Shown: piece after piece, positions 1-10,689 of the stretch | How the letters are laid out: every line of letters starts with the position of its first letter | Position numbering within the stretch: the stretch's first letter is position 1 | Assembly: GCA_021295915.1 (NCBI GenBank) | Contig: JAGWBK010000001.1 | Span: forward strand, 11,644-75,643 | DNA: 64,000 nucleotides | Direction of reading: 5' to 3' | Source: Dehalococcoidia bacterium | GTDB taxonomy: Bacteria; Chloroflexota; Dehalococcoidia; Lucifugimonadales; UBA1123 | Position numbers and translations under genes: made by a program | The notes under the pieces: generated by a model | Databases searched by the model: none | Told to the model about the DNA's origin: nothing | What the model saw: the letters and a program-made list of their open reading frames with translations, nothing else

Positions 1-2
1 CG

Positions 3-893
3 ACGATGTGGCTCGGTGGAGACGGCGGCAGGGAGGACTACGAGCCCGCATTCCCAGGCATGCTCTACGCTCCCCAGCCAGACTCGTACAACTCGCCGAT
101 TCCCGGAGAGACTGACTCCGAGGCCGCAGTGAGGTGCGCGCAGGCCATTGAGGACCTGATCAAGTTCCATGGGCCCTCGAGTGTCGCTGCCGTGATAGCT
201 GAGCCAGTGTCTTCGTCGATGGGTGCCGCGGTACCTGGAGACGAGTACTGGCCACTGCTGAGGCAGATTTGTGATCGTTACGGGGTCATACTCATTGCGG
301 ACGAAGTTATTACCGGTTTCGGGCGCACGGGGACCATGTTCGCGATGGAGCACTGGAATGTCACTCCAGACATCATGACCATGGCCAAGGGGATAACGTC
401 CAGCTATGTGCCACTCGCGAACGCGATCGTCACTGACGAAGTTGCCGACGTATTCGCAGGCTCCGACAACATCTTCAAGCAGGCGCTGACCTTTGGCGGC
501 CACCCTGTCACTGCGGCAGTGGCCCTTAAGAACATAGAGATCATGGAGACAGAGGGCCTCGTAGACAACTCTGCCGAGATTGGGGCCCACATTTTAGGCC
601 GTCTGGACGACTTGGCGGCCGAGCACCCAATGATTGGGAACGTAAGAGGGCGCGGGTTGCTGATAGGCGTGGAACTCGTCGCAGACCGCGACACGAAGAC
701 CAGGTTCCCCAAGGACGTACAGCTGGGGAATCGTCTCTCAGATGCGTTTGAGGCGGAGAGTCTGATCCTCAGATGCGGAGACGATAGGATCGGCATTGGC
801 CCGTCGCTCTGTATCACTGAAACTGAAGCCGACGAGCTCGTCAATAGGCTAGACAGGGCAATCACCAAGGTTGAACGGGGTCTACCTAGCTAG
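3..893 (+). CDS. Class-III (omega-type) PLP-dependent aminotransferase, 5'-truncated by the window edge
   Basis: The frame is open to the window start. Motifs AVIAEPV, DEVITGFGRTG and the PLP-lysine context MAKGITSSYVPL are typical of aminotransferase class III. Confidence 0.85.
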   Translation, partial: TMWLGGDGGREDYEPAFPGMLYAPQPDSYNSPIPGETDSEAAVRCAQAIEDLIKFHGPSSVAAVIAEPVSSSMGAAVPGDEYWPLLRQICDRYGVILIADEVITGFGRTGTMFAMEHWNVTPDIMTMAKGITSSYVPLANAIVTDEVADVFAGSDNIFKQALTFGGHPVTAAVALKNIEIMETEGLVDNSAEIGAHILGRLDDLAAEHPMIGNVRGRGLLIGVELVADRDTKTRFPKDVQLGNRLSDAFEAESLILRCGDDRIGIGPSLCITETEADELVNRLDRAITKVERGLPS

Positions 894-917
894 CACTGGG
901 ATAGAGTGGATCGACTA

Positions 918-951
918 TTTGAGGGCGACCTGGTCTCGGGTCGTCCTCAAA
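918..951 (+). terminator. Putative intrinsic terminator after the aminotransferase gene
   Basis: Inverted repeat tttgagggcgacc (918-930) / ggtcgtcctcaaa (939-951) with one mismatch and an 8-nt loop. The T tract after it is weak (tatcttcaatt). Confidence 0.4.
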
Positions 952-955
952 TATC

Positions 956-984
956 TTCAATTGGCCTCTTTCGTTTGATATACT
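956..984 (+). promoter_or_regulatory. Sigma70-like promoter candidate for purA
   Basis: TTCAAT (956-961), 17-nt spacer, TATACT (979-984) preceded by TGa (extended -10). It lies about 125 nt upstream of the purA ATG. Confidence 0.4.
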
Positions 985-1097
985 GAAGGTTGCGCGCGTC
1001 ACAAGATAGCGCCATGTAGTGAATCCCCCTCACCGCTTTTTTCGTACTTGGGGATGCGACGCGCCTGAAAACCGAAGATCCAACGTGAGTGAAATAA

Positions 1098-2405
<1,308 letters not shown>

Positions 2406-2430
2406 GCAGACGGGACAGTACAACAAGCAA

Positions 2431-2468
2431 AAGAGGGCGGGACCAGATCGGTCCCGCCCTCTTGGTTT
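2431..2468. terminator. Bidirectional intrinsic terminator between convergent purA and dapA
   Basis: Perfect 13-bp GC-rich stem aagagggcgggac (2431-2443) / gtcccgccctctt (2451-2463). It is flanked by an A-rich run upstream and ggttt downstream. Confidence 0.75.
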
Positions 2469-2488
2469 CTGACGCGCGGTAGTTTCAG

Positions 2489-3388
2489 TTAGGAACCGTT
2501 CACCGGCAGGTCGATATCGTACTGGTCCATCAGCGGGTCGAACTTGCTGGTGAAGGCGTCATCTGCCTCCCACAGGGGCAGTCTGGGCTGGCCAATATCA
2601 AAGCCCGCTCGGTTGACCGCGTACTTTATCGGGATAGGGTTGGTGACCCAGAAGATCGCCTTGAACAGAGGCAGGAGCCGCCTGTGCTCCGCGGCGGCAG
2701 CTTCAATGTCGCCTTCCAGAATCCGTCCCATCATCTCCTTGATCTGGAGACCGACAATGTGGGCAGCCACGCTTACTATCCCGTAGCCGCCTGTACACAT
2801 AATTGAGAATGTCTCATCGTCGTTACCGGACCAGACACGGAATCCGTCAGGTGCACCGTCTATGATCTGGGTAATCTGGACCGGGTCGCTTGAGGCCTCT
2901 TTCACGCCGACGATGTTCTCAATCTCGGCAAGTCTCAGCGTGGTGGCATGGTCCATGTTCAAGGAAGTTCGTGATGGTACGTTATACAGGATACCGGGTA
3001 GGGAAGTGGCTTCGGCGATAGCCTTGAAGTGCTGGTACAGGCCCTCCATGGTGGGCTTGTTGTAGGCTGGAACTGTCAGGAGAAGACCGTCAGCTCCAAC
3101 CTTCTCGGCCTCGACGGACAGCTCAACTGACTTGCGGTGGTTGTTGTCCGTGGTACCCGCAATTACTGCGGCCTCGTCTCCGACCTCTTCCTTCACCTCG
3201 GCGAAGAGGCGAATTTTTTCGTCGTCGCTCATTGACGGCGATTCGCCGGTAGTGCCACCGATCACCAAGCCATCTGACCCAGAGTCCAGAAGTGCGCGGG
3301 CCAACTTGCGGGCCTTTGCATAGTCAATCTCTCCCTCTTCGTCGAAGGGAGTAACCATTGCTGTCAGCAGTCGTCCGATCTCAGCCAT
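2489..3388 (-). CDS. dapA: 4-hydroxy-tetrahydrodipicolinate synthase
   Basis: TAMVTPF and GLVIGGTTGESPSMS motifs are present and the length is 299 aa. SD GGAGG sits 6 nt upstream of the ATG. Confidence 0.95.
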   Translation of the reverse strand: MAEIGRLLTAMVTPFDEEGEIDYAKARKLARALLDSGSDGLVIGGTTGESPSMSDDEKIRLFAEVKEEVGDEAAVIAGTTDNNHRKSVELSVEAEKVGADGLLLTVPAYNKPTMEGLYQHFKAIAEATSLPGILYNVPSRTSLNMDHATTLRLAEIENIVGVKEASSDPVQITQIIDGAPDGFRVWSGNDDETFSIMCTGGYGIVSVAAHIVGLQIKEMMGRILEGDIEAAAAEHRRLLPLFKAIFWVTNPIPIKYAVNRAGFDIGQPRLPLWEADDAFTSKFDPLMDQYDIDLPVNGS

Positions 3389-3418
3389 TTCCTACCTCCA
3401 GGACCTGCAAGTCCCACG

Positions 3419-4438
3419 TTACCTCAGCAGTAGGTCCCGAGCCATCATCTCCTCGGCAATTTGGATAGAGTTGAGGGCCGCGCCCTTTCTGAGGTTGTCG
3501 CACGATAGCCACATAGCTATGCCGTTGTCGAGGGCAAGGTCGGAGCGTATGCGTCCGACGAAGACATCGTCCTCGCCCTCAGCTTCGATGGGCATAGGAT
3601 ACACGTTCGCCTGAGGATCGTCCACCAATCGCAAACCGGGCGCACTCTGTAGGATCTCGCGCACCTCCCCAGGACTGATTGGGTCTTCGAATTCGATATT
3701 GACGGCCTCACTATGGCTGACCACAACGGGTACGCGCACACACGTTGCCGAGACCTTGATCTCAGGGGCATGCAGAATCTTGCGAGTCTCGTTCTGCATC
3801 TTCATTTCTTCGTTCGTGTAGCCGTTGTCCCAGAATGGCTCCACATGGGGCAGCACGTTGAACGCTATCGGATGGGGGTACACTTCCGCTGTTACTTCGT
3901 CACCGCCGACAGCTGCCCTAGACTGCACTCTGAGCTCCTCTGCAGCAGCAGCTCCGGTCCCGGTTACGGACTGGTAGGTCGACGCGACGACGCGCTTGAC
4001 GGCGTTGTTCTCGTGGAGCGGCTTGAGTGCCATTACCAACGGTGTGGTCGTGCAATTAGGAATTGCAACGATGCCGCGATGAGAGTCCAGATCGCTCCCA
4101 TTTACTTCCGGCACAACCAGCGGCACTTCAGGATCCATCCTGAATGCCGAGCTATCGTCGATGGCGACAGCACCGTTCTCTGCAGCCAGTGGAGCCAACT
4201 CCCTGCTCACTGCAGTGGATGCAGCAACGAATGCGAAATCGACCTCGCTCAGCAACTCGGGGGTCGCAAGCTCGACCTCGATCTCCTCGCCTCGCACCTT
4301 GAGCCTCTTGCCGACCGACCTCTCAGAAGCGCAGAGACGAATCGTCCCAGCTGGAAAGTTGCGCTCCTCGATGATCCTTAGAAAGACCTCACCGACAGCC
4401 CCGGTAGCGCCAACAATGGCAATGTTGCACTCGTTCAA
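3419..4438 (-). CDS. asd: Aspartate-semialdehyde dehydrogenase
   Basis: The NAD-binding N-terminus IAIVGATGAVG and active-site context IPNCTTT are present. The start is TTG with GAGGTG 6 nt upstream. The gene lies 30 nt upstream of dapA, so they are probably one operon. Confidence 0.95.
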   Translation of the reverse strand: MNECNIAIVGATGAVGEVFLRIIEERNFPAGTIRLCASERSVGKRLKVRGEEIEVELATPELLSEVDFAFVAASTAVSRELAPLAAENGAVAIDDSSAFRMDPEVPLVVPEVNGSDLDSHRGIVAIPNCTTTPLVMALKPLHENNAVKRVVASTYQSVTGTGAAAAEELRVQSRAAVGGDEVTAEVYPHPIAFNVLPHVEPFWDNGYTNEEMKMQNETRKILHAPEIKVSATCVRVPVVVSHSEAVNIEFEDPISPGEVREILQSAPGLRLVDDPQANVYPMPIEAEGEDDVFVGRIRSDLALDNGIAMWLSCDNLRKGAALNSIQIAEEMMARDLLLR

Positions 4439-4570
4439 TTCTCACACCTCATGGGAACGTTTCTCGAAAATGGTAGCAATTCTACGAGGGGAAACGACAG
4501 GCTCTGCCACCTGCCATTGAGGCCATCACTCGTTCCTGTCATTCAGGTGTCCTGCAGGTTCCAGAAGAAC

Positions 4571-5365
4571 CTAGGCGAGTCCCATAAGGTTTTCGAGACC
4601 TACTGTTAAGCCCTTGCGGTTGACCACTGCACGTATCGCCATAGTGACACCGGGCATGAAACTCTCCCGGCTGATGGAATCGTGCCTGATAGTGAGCGTC
4701 TGACCGAGTCCGCCAAACACAAGCTCGTGGTGGGCGACGCGACCCGGCATTCGGGCGCTGTGCACACTAATGCCTTCGAAGTCGCCTCCTCGGGGTCCTT
4801 CGATCAGCTCCTTTTCGGCGCGGACGTTAGTGAAGCCTCCGGACTTACCTTCAACAGCGGCTCGAGCAATTGCGAGGGCAGTGCCTGAAGGTGCGTCGAT
4901 CTTGGCTTCGTGGTGTGTTTCAGTCAGATCGGCGTAGTCGAAGAATCGTCCAGCCTCTTTGGCGAGGTGAATCATGAGGACGGCGCCCATCGCGAAGTTT
5001 GGCGCAATGATGATACCGACACCGTGTTCGTTGGCGAGGCCATCGGCTTCCTGGTAGTTGTCCTCGCTCAGACCGGTGCTACCAACTACGACGTTCACAC
5101 TGTGAGCAGTGGCAGCCCTCATTGCAGACATCGCCCCATCAGCAGTAGAGAAGTCGACTACAACATCGGCACCTGAAACTACTTGGGCGAGATCGTTCGA
5201 AATCGGAACCTGAGCGGACCCGTCGGGGAGAGAAATACTTCCAGGGTCTGCTACCTGGTCCGCTGCGCCAATCGGGGTCATGTCCTCTGCATTTGCGACC
5301 GCGTTTAGTACTTCCTGTCCCATCTTGCCGAGTGCGCCATGTACGACGACGTTTATGGTTGACAT
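4571..5365 (-). CDS. dapB: 4-hydroxy-tetrahydrodipicolinate reductase
   Basis: The N-terminus MSTINVVVHGALGKMG is DapB-like and the C-terminal HHEAKIDAPSGTA motif is present. I moved the start to the internal ATG at 5365, which has GGGAGGAG 4 nt upstream. The 19 extra codons in the ORF track are the translated pnp terminator hairpin. Confidence 0.92.
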   Translation of the reverse strand: MSTINVVVHGALGKMGQEVLNAVANAEDMTPIGAADQVADPGSISLPDGSAQVPISNDLAQVVSGADVVVDFSTADGAMSAMRAATAHSVNVVVGSTGLSEDNYQEADGLANEHGVGIIIAPNFAMGAVLMIHLAKEAGRFFDYADLTETHHEAKIDAPSGTALAIARAAVEGKSGGFTNVRAEKELIEGPRGGDFEGISVHSARMPGRVAHHELVFGGLGQTLTIRHDSISRESFMPGVTMAIRAVVNRKGLTVGLENLMGLA

Positions 5366-5385
5366 TCGACTCCTCCCTTGCATCC

Positions 5386-5420
5386 AGATACAGAAAGGAC
5401 GGCCCACAGCGGGGCCGTCC
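5386..5420 (-). terminator. Intrinsic terminator downstream of pnp
   Basis: On the minus strand the 9-bp stem GGACGGCCC / GGGCCGTCC (5397-5405 / 5412-5420) is followed by TTTCTGTAT. It lies 22 nt after the pnp stop. Confidence 0.6.
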
Positions 5421-5441
5421 ATATTGACTCAGTAACTTAGG

Positions 5442-7871
5442 CTAGAAGCGGTCCCTGCGTGGCCTGCCTTCCCCTCTGTTACGATCACTATCGCGATCTC
5501 GGTCACGATCTCGGCCACCACCATATCCGCCACGGGACTGCGACCGGTAGCCTGACCTTCTTCCGTCATCGCGGTCTCTGTCGCGGTCACGGTCTCTGCC
5601 GCCGCCGCGAGGTCTGCCTCCATCGAAGTCTCTGTCCCTGTTTCGGGGACCTCGACCGGGGCCATTTCTCCTTGGGCCTCTATCACCTCTGTCGCCTCTA
5701 TCACCACCGAATCCGCCGCCGCCGCGTCTCTGTCCGCCTCCACGTCCAGCCCGCTGTCTCTTCAGCGCGGCCTCAACTGGGTCCTCACCATCCTCGTCGG
5801 CATCGCTCAACAGAGCGCGTCGTGAGAGTCTGACTCGTCCAGTCTGATCTACATCAGTTACCAGCACGGTAACCTCGTCGCCCACTGTCACTTCGTCCTC
5901 GACCGTGGGAACCCGGTAGTTGGCGAGCTCGCTGATATGGACCATCCCGTCCTTGCCAGGCAGCAACTCTATGAATGCGCCGAAGTCCGTAGTCCGGACC
6001 ACCTTGCCGGTGTATATCTCACCGATCTCGATTTCCTTGGTCAGGTCGCGGATCATCTGCTTCGCGCGTTCAGCAGCGTTTCCATCACTGGAGCCAATGA
6101 TGATTGTTCCGTCGTCCTGGATGTCAACAGATGCTCCAGTTTCGTCCACGATTCCTCGAATGATCTTGCCGCCGGGTCCGATAACAGCGCCGATCTTGTC
6201 AACCGCTATCTGGATCGACTCCATCCTTGGCGCGTATTCGCTCATTTCGCTGCGGTACTCGGGAAGCGTGCTTTCGATCTGGTCTAGGATCTCGCCTCGG
6301 GCCTCCTTTGCCTGGTGGAGGGCGTCGTAGATCACATCGTAACTGATGCTCTTGACCTTCATGTCAAGCTGGATGGCCGTGATCCCGTTCTCGGTGCCAG
6401 CGACCTTGAAGTCCATGTCGCCCATGTGGTCTTCTTTGCCCTGGATGTCGGTGAGCGTGACGTACTGTCCGCCCTCTCCGGTTACCAGGCCAATGGAGAT
6501 GCCGGCCACAGGAGTTTTGATGGGTACACCAGCGTCCATCAGGGCGAGTGTGCATGCACAAACAGTTGCCATAGAGGTGGAACCGTTGGAGCTAAGGCAT
6601 TCGCCAACTAACCTGATGGTGTAGGGGAACTCCTCTTCGGACGGAAGTACAGCGGACATTGCCCGCTCAGCGAGAGCGCCGTGTCCGATCTCACGCCGAC
6701 CTGTGGAGCGCATCGGCCTCGCCTCACCCGTCGAGAACGGCGGGAAGTTGTAGTGAAGCATAAATCGCTTCTCGTCTTCGGGACTCATGTTGTCAATCTT
6801 CTGAGCGTCTCCAACCGAGCCCAGTGTGCATACCCCGAGTACCTGGGTTTCACCCCTCGTGAATAGGCCGGTACCGTGAGTCCTTGGGAACAGACCGACT
6901 TCGCTCGACAGCGGCCGAATCTCTTTCAGGCCGCGACCGTCCGGACGTTCGCCAGTTTCCAGTACCCGGCGCTTGAAAGCAGCCTCGAAGGCCTCGTCAA
7001 AGGCGGTGGCGACCATCGACTGGTCATGCTCCTCGCCGTGCTTTTCAAAGACTGCAGCCTTGATCTCTGCCACTCGCGAGTCAGTTTCCTCACCGTCCAG
7101 TTTCAACGCTTCGGCCAGGTCGTTAGCAATCTCGTCGCCTACGGCCTGCGTAAGGTCATGGTCATACGAGCGGGGCACGTATTCCAGAGGGGGCTTCCCA
7201 TAGGCCTTTGCGAGTTCTTCCTGAAGCTCAATTATCTCCAGGTTGACTTCCTGGGCGCGCTCGATGGCCTCGAGAACTAAATCCTCCGTGACCTCGTTGG
7301 CGCCGGCCTCCATCATAATTACGCCTGAGCGGGAACCAGCGACCATAAGGTCGAGTTGGCTCTCCTCAATCTGCTCGTATGACGGGTTGACGACGAATTC
7401 TCCATCGATATAGCCCATTCGAGTTGCTGAAATAGGCCCCTCAAATGGAATGTCCGAAATGGTGAGTGCCGTCGACGCGCCGATTATGGCGATCATGTCG
7501 TAGGGATTTGTTGTATCCGACGACAGCGGAGTAGCGATTATCTGGACCTCGTTGCGAAAGTCCTTGGGGAACAGTGGTCGGATTGGGCGATCAGTAAGTC
7601 TAGCGATCAGGATCGAATGGGTGGAGGGCCTCCCCTCGCGCTTGAAGAAGCTTCCAGGAATCTTCCCACGAGCGTAGAGTCGCTCTTCGACATCTACGGT
7701 CAACGGGAAGAAGTCTATGCCTTCTCTCGGATTTGCGGTCGTTGCTGTAACCAACAGCACATTGTCGTGGTACTTGACGAGTACTGAGCCGTTGGCTTTC
7801 TGGGCCAGCTTCCCGCACTCAAATGATAGAACTCCATCACCTAGTTTGAGATCAAAAAGGGTCGTCGTCAT
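5442..7871 (-). CDS. pnp: Polyribonucleotide nucleotidyltransferase (PNPase) with a long Arg/Gly/Asp-rich C-terminal tail
   Basis: Two RNase PH-like cores are followed by KH ([11 protein letters not shown]) and S1 ([15 protein letters not shown]) domains. The ORF is 809 aa; the last ~120 aa are RGG/RD low complexity. Confidence 0.95.
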   Translation of the reverse strand: MTTTLFDLKLGDGVLSFECGKLAQKANGSVLVKYHDNVLLVTATTANPREGIDFFPLTVDVEERLYARGKIPGSFFKREGRPSTHSILIARLTDRPIRPLFPKDFRNEVQIIATPLSSDTTNPYDMIAIIGASTALTISDIPFEGPISATRMGYIDGEFVVNPSYEQIEESQLDLMVAGSRSGVIMMEAGANEVTEDLVLEAIERAQEVNLEIIELQEELAKAYGKPPLEYVPRSYDHDLTQAVGDEIANDLAEALKLDGEETDSRVAEIKAAVFEKHGEEHDQSMVATAFDEAFEAAFKRRVLETGERPDGRGLKEIRPLSSEVGLFPRTHGTGLFTRGETQVLGVCTLGSVGDAQKIDNMSPEDEKRFMLHYNFPPFSTGEARPMRSTGRREIGHGALAERAMSAVLPSEEEFPYTIRLVGECLSSNGSTSMATVCACTLALMDAGVPIKTPVAGISIGLVTGEGGQYVTLTDIQGKEDHMGDMDFKVAGTENGITAIQLDMKVKSISYDVIYDALHQAKEARGEILDQIESTLPEYRSEMSEYAPRMESIQIAVDKIGAVIGPGGKIIRGIVDETGASVDIQDDGTIIIGSSDGNAAERAKQMIRDLTKEIEIGEIYTGKVVRTTDFGAFIELLPGKDGMVHISELANYRVPTVEDEVTVGDEVTVLVTDVDQTGRVRLSRRALLSDADEDGEDPVEAALKRQRAGRGGGQRRGGGGFGGDRGDRGDRGPRRNGPGRGPRNRDRDFDGGRPRGGGRDRDRDRDRDDGRRSGYRSQSRGGYGGGRDRDRDRDSDRNRGEGRPRRDRF

Positions 7872-7904
7872 TTGGCGTAGCGCCTCCTAAAAGGGAAAAG
7901 CCCA

Positions 7905-7936
7905 AGGAAGAAGAAAAGCACCCTTCGCAGGGTGCT
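7905..7936 (-). terminator. rpsO-pnp intergenic hairpin (attenuator or processing-type terminator)
   Basis: On the minus strand AGCACCCT-GCGA-AGGGTGCT is followed by TTTCTTCTTCC, then AGGAGG and the pnp ATG. The position matches the classic rpsO-pnp intergenic hairpin. Confidence 0.55.
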
Positions 7937-7946
7937 GTGAGGGGTA

Positions 7947-8210
7947 TTAGCCTCTGAGGCCAAGCCTCGAAATAAGCGATCTATAGCGCGAAACGTCCTC
8001 GCGATTGAGGTATCGGAGTAGTCTACGCCGCCGGCCCACCATCTTGAGGAGCCCACGCCTGGTGGACTCGTCGTGTTTGTTCTCTCTCAGGTGTTCAGTA
8101 AGTCTGTTTATGCGGGCCGTTAACACCGCCACCTGTATATCGGTAGAGCCGGTGTCATCGTCGTTCGTTCTGTATTCAGCGACTATTGCCTGCTTTTCAG
8201 CCGCGTCCAA
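7947..8210 (-). CDS. rpsO: 30S ribosomal protein S15
   Basis: This 87-aa protein carries the typical S15 sequence [21 protein letters not shown]...[15 protein letters not shown]. The start is TTG with AGGAGA 5 nt upstream. Confidence 0.95.
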   Translation of the reverse strand: MDAAEKQAIVAEYRTNDDDTGSTDIQVAVLTARINRLTEHLRENKHDESTRRGLLKMVGRRRRLLRYLNREDVSRYRSLISRLGLRG

Positions 8211-8264
8211 TCCCGTCTCCTGGGTCCCTGTTTCTCTATTTCTTCTCTCTCTTCTTCGCGAGAG

Positions 8265-8294
8265 ATTCTAGCACGCGGCGAAACTTGGCAGCAA
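8265..8294 (-). promoter_or_regulatory. Sigma70-like promoter candidate for rpsO-pnp
   Basis: On the minus strand TTGCTG, an 18-nt spacer, then TAGAAT preceded by TGc (extended -10). It lies about 55 nt upstream of the rpsO start. Confidence 0.45.
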
Positions 8295-8309
8295 ATGTTC
8301 TACTGTCCG

Positions 8310-9233
8310 CTATCCATCGATCTCGCTGATGAACTCGGTAACGGCCCTTTCAAACCCTGAAGGGTTGTCGCCCATTACCAGGTGTCCTGCGTTCTCGACC
8401 GTTGCCATTCTGCCGTTGGGTATTCGCTTGTGCATTCCGTCGGCGGTGTCCAGCGCGATGATATCGCTCTGAGAGCCCCGCACAACAAGGGTAGGGCAGG
8501 CAAGACTCTCCATATAGCCCCAGAGCCGCTCCGTCATCTGCGGGTCGTGCTGGAAACGTCGACCGCCCGGCTGCCTGAATCGCTTGTCGTACTTCCAGGT
8601 CCACTTGCCGTTCGGGAGCTCCTTCAGGTTGTGGCGTATTGAGCCTCTAACCTGGACGGGGTCTCGGAGCGGATTGTAATTCAGCACTCGCTGGACGAAG
8701 TCTTCGATGGAGTCGAGCTCGTCATCCTGCTGCACAAAGTTACGAATCTTCTGGGAACCAGTCTGCATGTTTTGCGGGCCAGCGTCCACTACTACCAGAG
8801 CTCTAACCTCTCCTGGATGCGTCGCGGCGTAGGTGAACGAGTTTCGGCCACCCATAGATAGTCCCATTAGAACAAAGTCGCGCAGTCCAATTGCCGAAAC
8901 AACGCCCGCTATGTCTGCCTGTTGTATCTCCGGGGAGTAGTCGCCAGACTCTGACCAGTCGCTGTCGCCGTGTCCGCGTTGGTCAAGCGCTACAACATGG
9001 TATCGATCGCAGAAGGCGAGCGCGACGAAGTCCCAGGAGTGGCAGGTCTGGGCAAAGCCGTGAAGCAAAAGCATGTCGGGCGCATCTGGATTACCCCAAT
9101 CGAGATAGTGGAATCTCATACCGTTGGCTTCGACATATCGATCTTCTGGGACTGCCTCTCTCTCGAATGTCACACCCTGGGCGCGGGCTGCGTCGTGTAG
9201 CGACAGACCCTGACTTTGTGGAGTCGTTGTCAC
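8310..9233 (-). CDS. Alpha/beta-fold hydrolase
   Basis: LLLHGFAQTCHSW, DQRGHGDS and the nucleophile elbow GLSMGG are present, with a C-terminal GH. I prefer the GTG start at 9233 (GGAGGA 7 nt upstream). The ORF-track ATG at 9320 would overlap the amidase gene by 47 nt. Confidence 0.85.
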   Translation of the reverse strand: MTTTPQSQGLSLHDAARAQGVTFEREAVPEDRYVEANGMRFHYLDWGNPDAPDMLLLHGFAQTCHSWDFVALAFCDRYHVVALDQRGHGDSDWSESGDYSPEIQQADIAGVVSAIGLRDFVLMGLSMGGRNSFTYAATHPGEVRALVVVDAGPQNMQTGSQKIRNFVQQDDELDSIEDFVQRVLNYNPLRDPVQVRGSIRHNLKELPNGKWTWKYDKRFRQPGGRRFQHDPQMTERLWGYMESLACPTLVVRGSQSDIIALDTADGMHKRIPNGRMATVENAGHLVMGDNPSGFERAVTEFISEIDG

Positions 9234-9273
9234 GTCCGTTTCCTCCGTCTTTTCGATTGTGTCAGTCTTGTGC

Positions 9274-10689
9274 TTATTGGATTGGTGGCCGTCGAGTGTG
9301 CCATTCTGTAGCCGATTCATAGGTGTGGGCCGCTCGAAGTACTACCGAGTCCTCCCACATTCTGCCGGCGAGCTGCATCCCGATGGGAATACCATCAGAC
9401 GTGAATCCGCATGGCACCGAGACCGTCGGCTGTCCTGTCAAGTTGAATGCCCGGGTCAGCCTGGACATCAGAGACAGCGCGTTCTCCTGCCTTCCATTTA
9501 CCTCGACGAATTCCTGATCGATGCCTGGCGCTCCGATAGCCGCTGTCGGAGCCATCAGCAGGTCGTAGGTTTCCATTGCGTCGGCGAGCTGTTCATTGTA
9601 CGCAGCCCGTGCACGCTGGGCCTTGATGTAGTCGACTGCGGGAGTCATTGCACCGAGATAGAGACGTGCGCGCACGTCAGCACCAATGTCATCGGGGCAA
9701 TCTCGAATGTGCGGGAACAGGGTCTCAGCCGCCTCCGTAACGAGTATCGCGCTAGAGATACCAAGACAGTGATTCAGCGCAGGGATCGAACAGCTCTCGA
9801 CGACTGCACCCAACTCCGCCAGCACGCCTGCAGCCTGGCAAATTGCAGCAGACACTTCACTGTCAATAACGTCGTAGAAGAAGTCCTCAGGAATGCCTAT
9901 CTTAAGGCCCGATATGCCATCACTTATCCCGTGCGTGAAGTCCATCGTCTTCGTTTGGGCAGAGGAGGGGTCCCGAGAATCATGGCCAGCGAGCGCGTTC
10001 ATGACTATGGCCGCGTCATGGGCAGACCTGGTCATCGGTCCAACGGTGTCTAGGCTCCATGACAAAGGGTGAACGCCGTGCCTGGAGATACGACCGAACG
10101 TGGGCTTCATACCAACGATGCCACAGAGACCGGCAGGAATTCTTATGGAACCTCCGGTGTCGCTGCCCAGCGCAGCCATGCACTGTCCGGAAGAGACTGC
10201 TGAACCTGATCCACCACTTGAACCTCCCGTGATCCTCGTCACGTCCCATGGGTTGTGGGCAGGGCCGTCATGAGGGTTCACGCTCGTAGCACCCAGAGCA
10301 AATTCGTGCATCTGTAATTTGCCGAGGAGCACGGCGCCAGCCTCGTCAAACTTCTCAACAACCGCAGCGTCATACTCGGGCACGAAGTCCCTGAGAATCT
10401 TGGAGCCGATGGTCGTACGGATGTATCGGGTGTAGTAGAGGTCTTTCAGCCCAATTGGGATTCCGTGGAGTGGCCCACGGTATGTGCCGGAAGCAATCTC
10501 AATCTCGGCGGATTTCGCCTGTTCGAGGGCACGCTCAGCAAGGAGCGTGATGAAGGAGTTCAGTTGGGAATCCGTAGCCCCGATGCGGTCCAGGTGTGCC
10601 TGGGTAAGTTCGACCGGTGAGAGGCTGCCCGATTCTATGAGGCGAGCTGTCTCGCTAATCGTCCGATAGCACAGTTCGTCTCCGCTCAT
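9274..10689 (-). CDS. Amidase-signature (AS) family amidase (GatA/AtzE-like)
   Basis: The AS-family Gly/Ser-rich signature GGSSGGSGSAVSSGQCMAALGSDTGGSIRIPA is present. The length is 471 aa. Confidence 0.9.
   Translation of the reverse strand: MSGDELCYRTISETARLIESGSLSPVELTQAHLDRIGATDSQLNSFITLLAERALEQAKSAEIEIASGTYRGPLHGIPIGLKDLYYTRYIRTTIGSKILRDFVPEYDAAVVEKFDEAGAVLLGKLQMHEFALGATSVNPHDGPAHNPWDVTRITGGSSGGSGSAVSSGQCMAALGSDTGGSIRIPAGLCGIVGMKPTFGRISRHGVHPLSWSLDTVGPMTRSAHDAAIVMNALAGHDSRDPSSAQTKTMDFTHGISDGISGLKIGIPEDFFYDVIDSEVSAAICQAAGVLAELGAVVESCSIPALNHCLGISSAILVTEAAETLFPHIRDCPDDIGADVRARLYLGAMTPAVDYIKAQRARAAYNEQLADAMETYDLLMAPTAAIGAPGIDQEFVEVNGRQENALSLMSRLTRAFNLTGQPTVSVPCGFTSDGIPIGMQLAGRMWEDSVVLRAAHTYESATEWHTRRPPIQ

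Noticed and set aside
4439-4570. A lysine riboswitch (L-box) upstream of asd-dapA.
   Set aside because: The 132-nt gap is shorter than a typical L-box (~180 nt), and I could find none of the conserved L-box helices or the AGAGGCGC-type core. Only a TAGAAT-like -10 box (4479-4484, minus strand) is visible.
5429-5743. An alternative same-strand frame in the pnp tail encoding an acidic Ala/Glu/Thr-rich 104-aa ORF.
   Set aside because: It is generated by the GAYCGN repeat periodicity. The PNPase frame runs continuously from the S1 domain with no stop, and no SD or start context supports the alternative frame.
9259-10053. Long antisense ORFs opposite confident genes. Examples: 9259-10053 (+, 264 aa) opposite the amidase, 22532-23383 (+) opposite ubiD, 54385-55125 (+) opposite the nuoF-like gene, 58653-59510 (+) opposite mobA/moeA, 32857-33513 (-) opposite secA/polX, and 3713-4381 (+) opposite asd.
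   Set aside because: Each lies entirely within a gene that has strong family motifs on the other strand. Their translations are Arg/Ser/Pro/Cys-rich with no motifs, which is the usual shadow-ORF pattern in GC-rich DNA.
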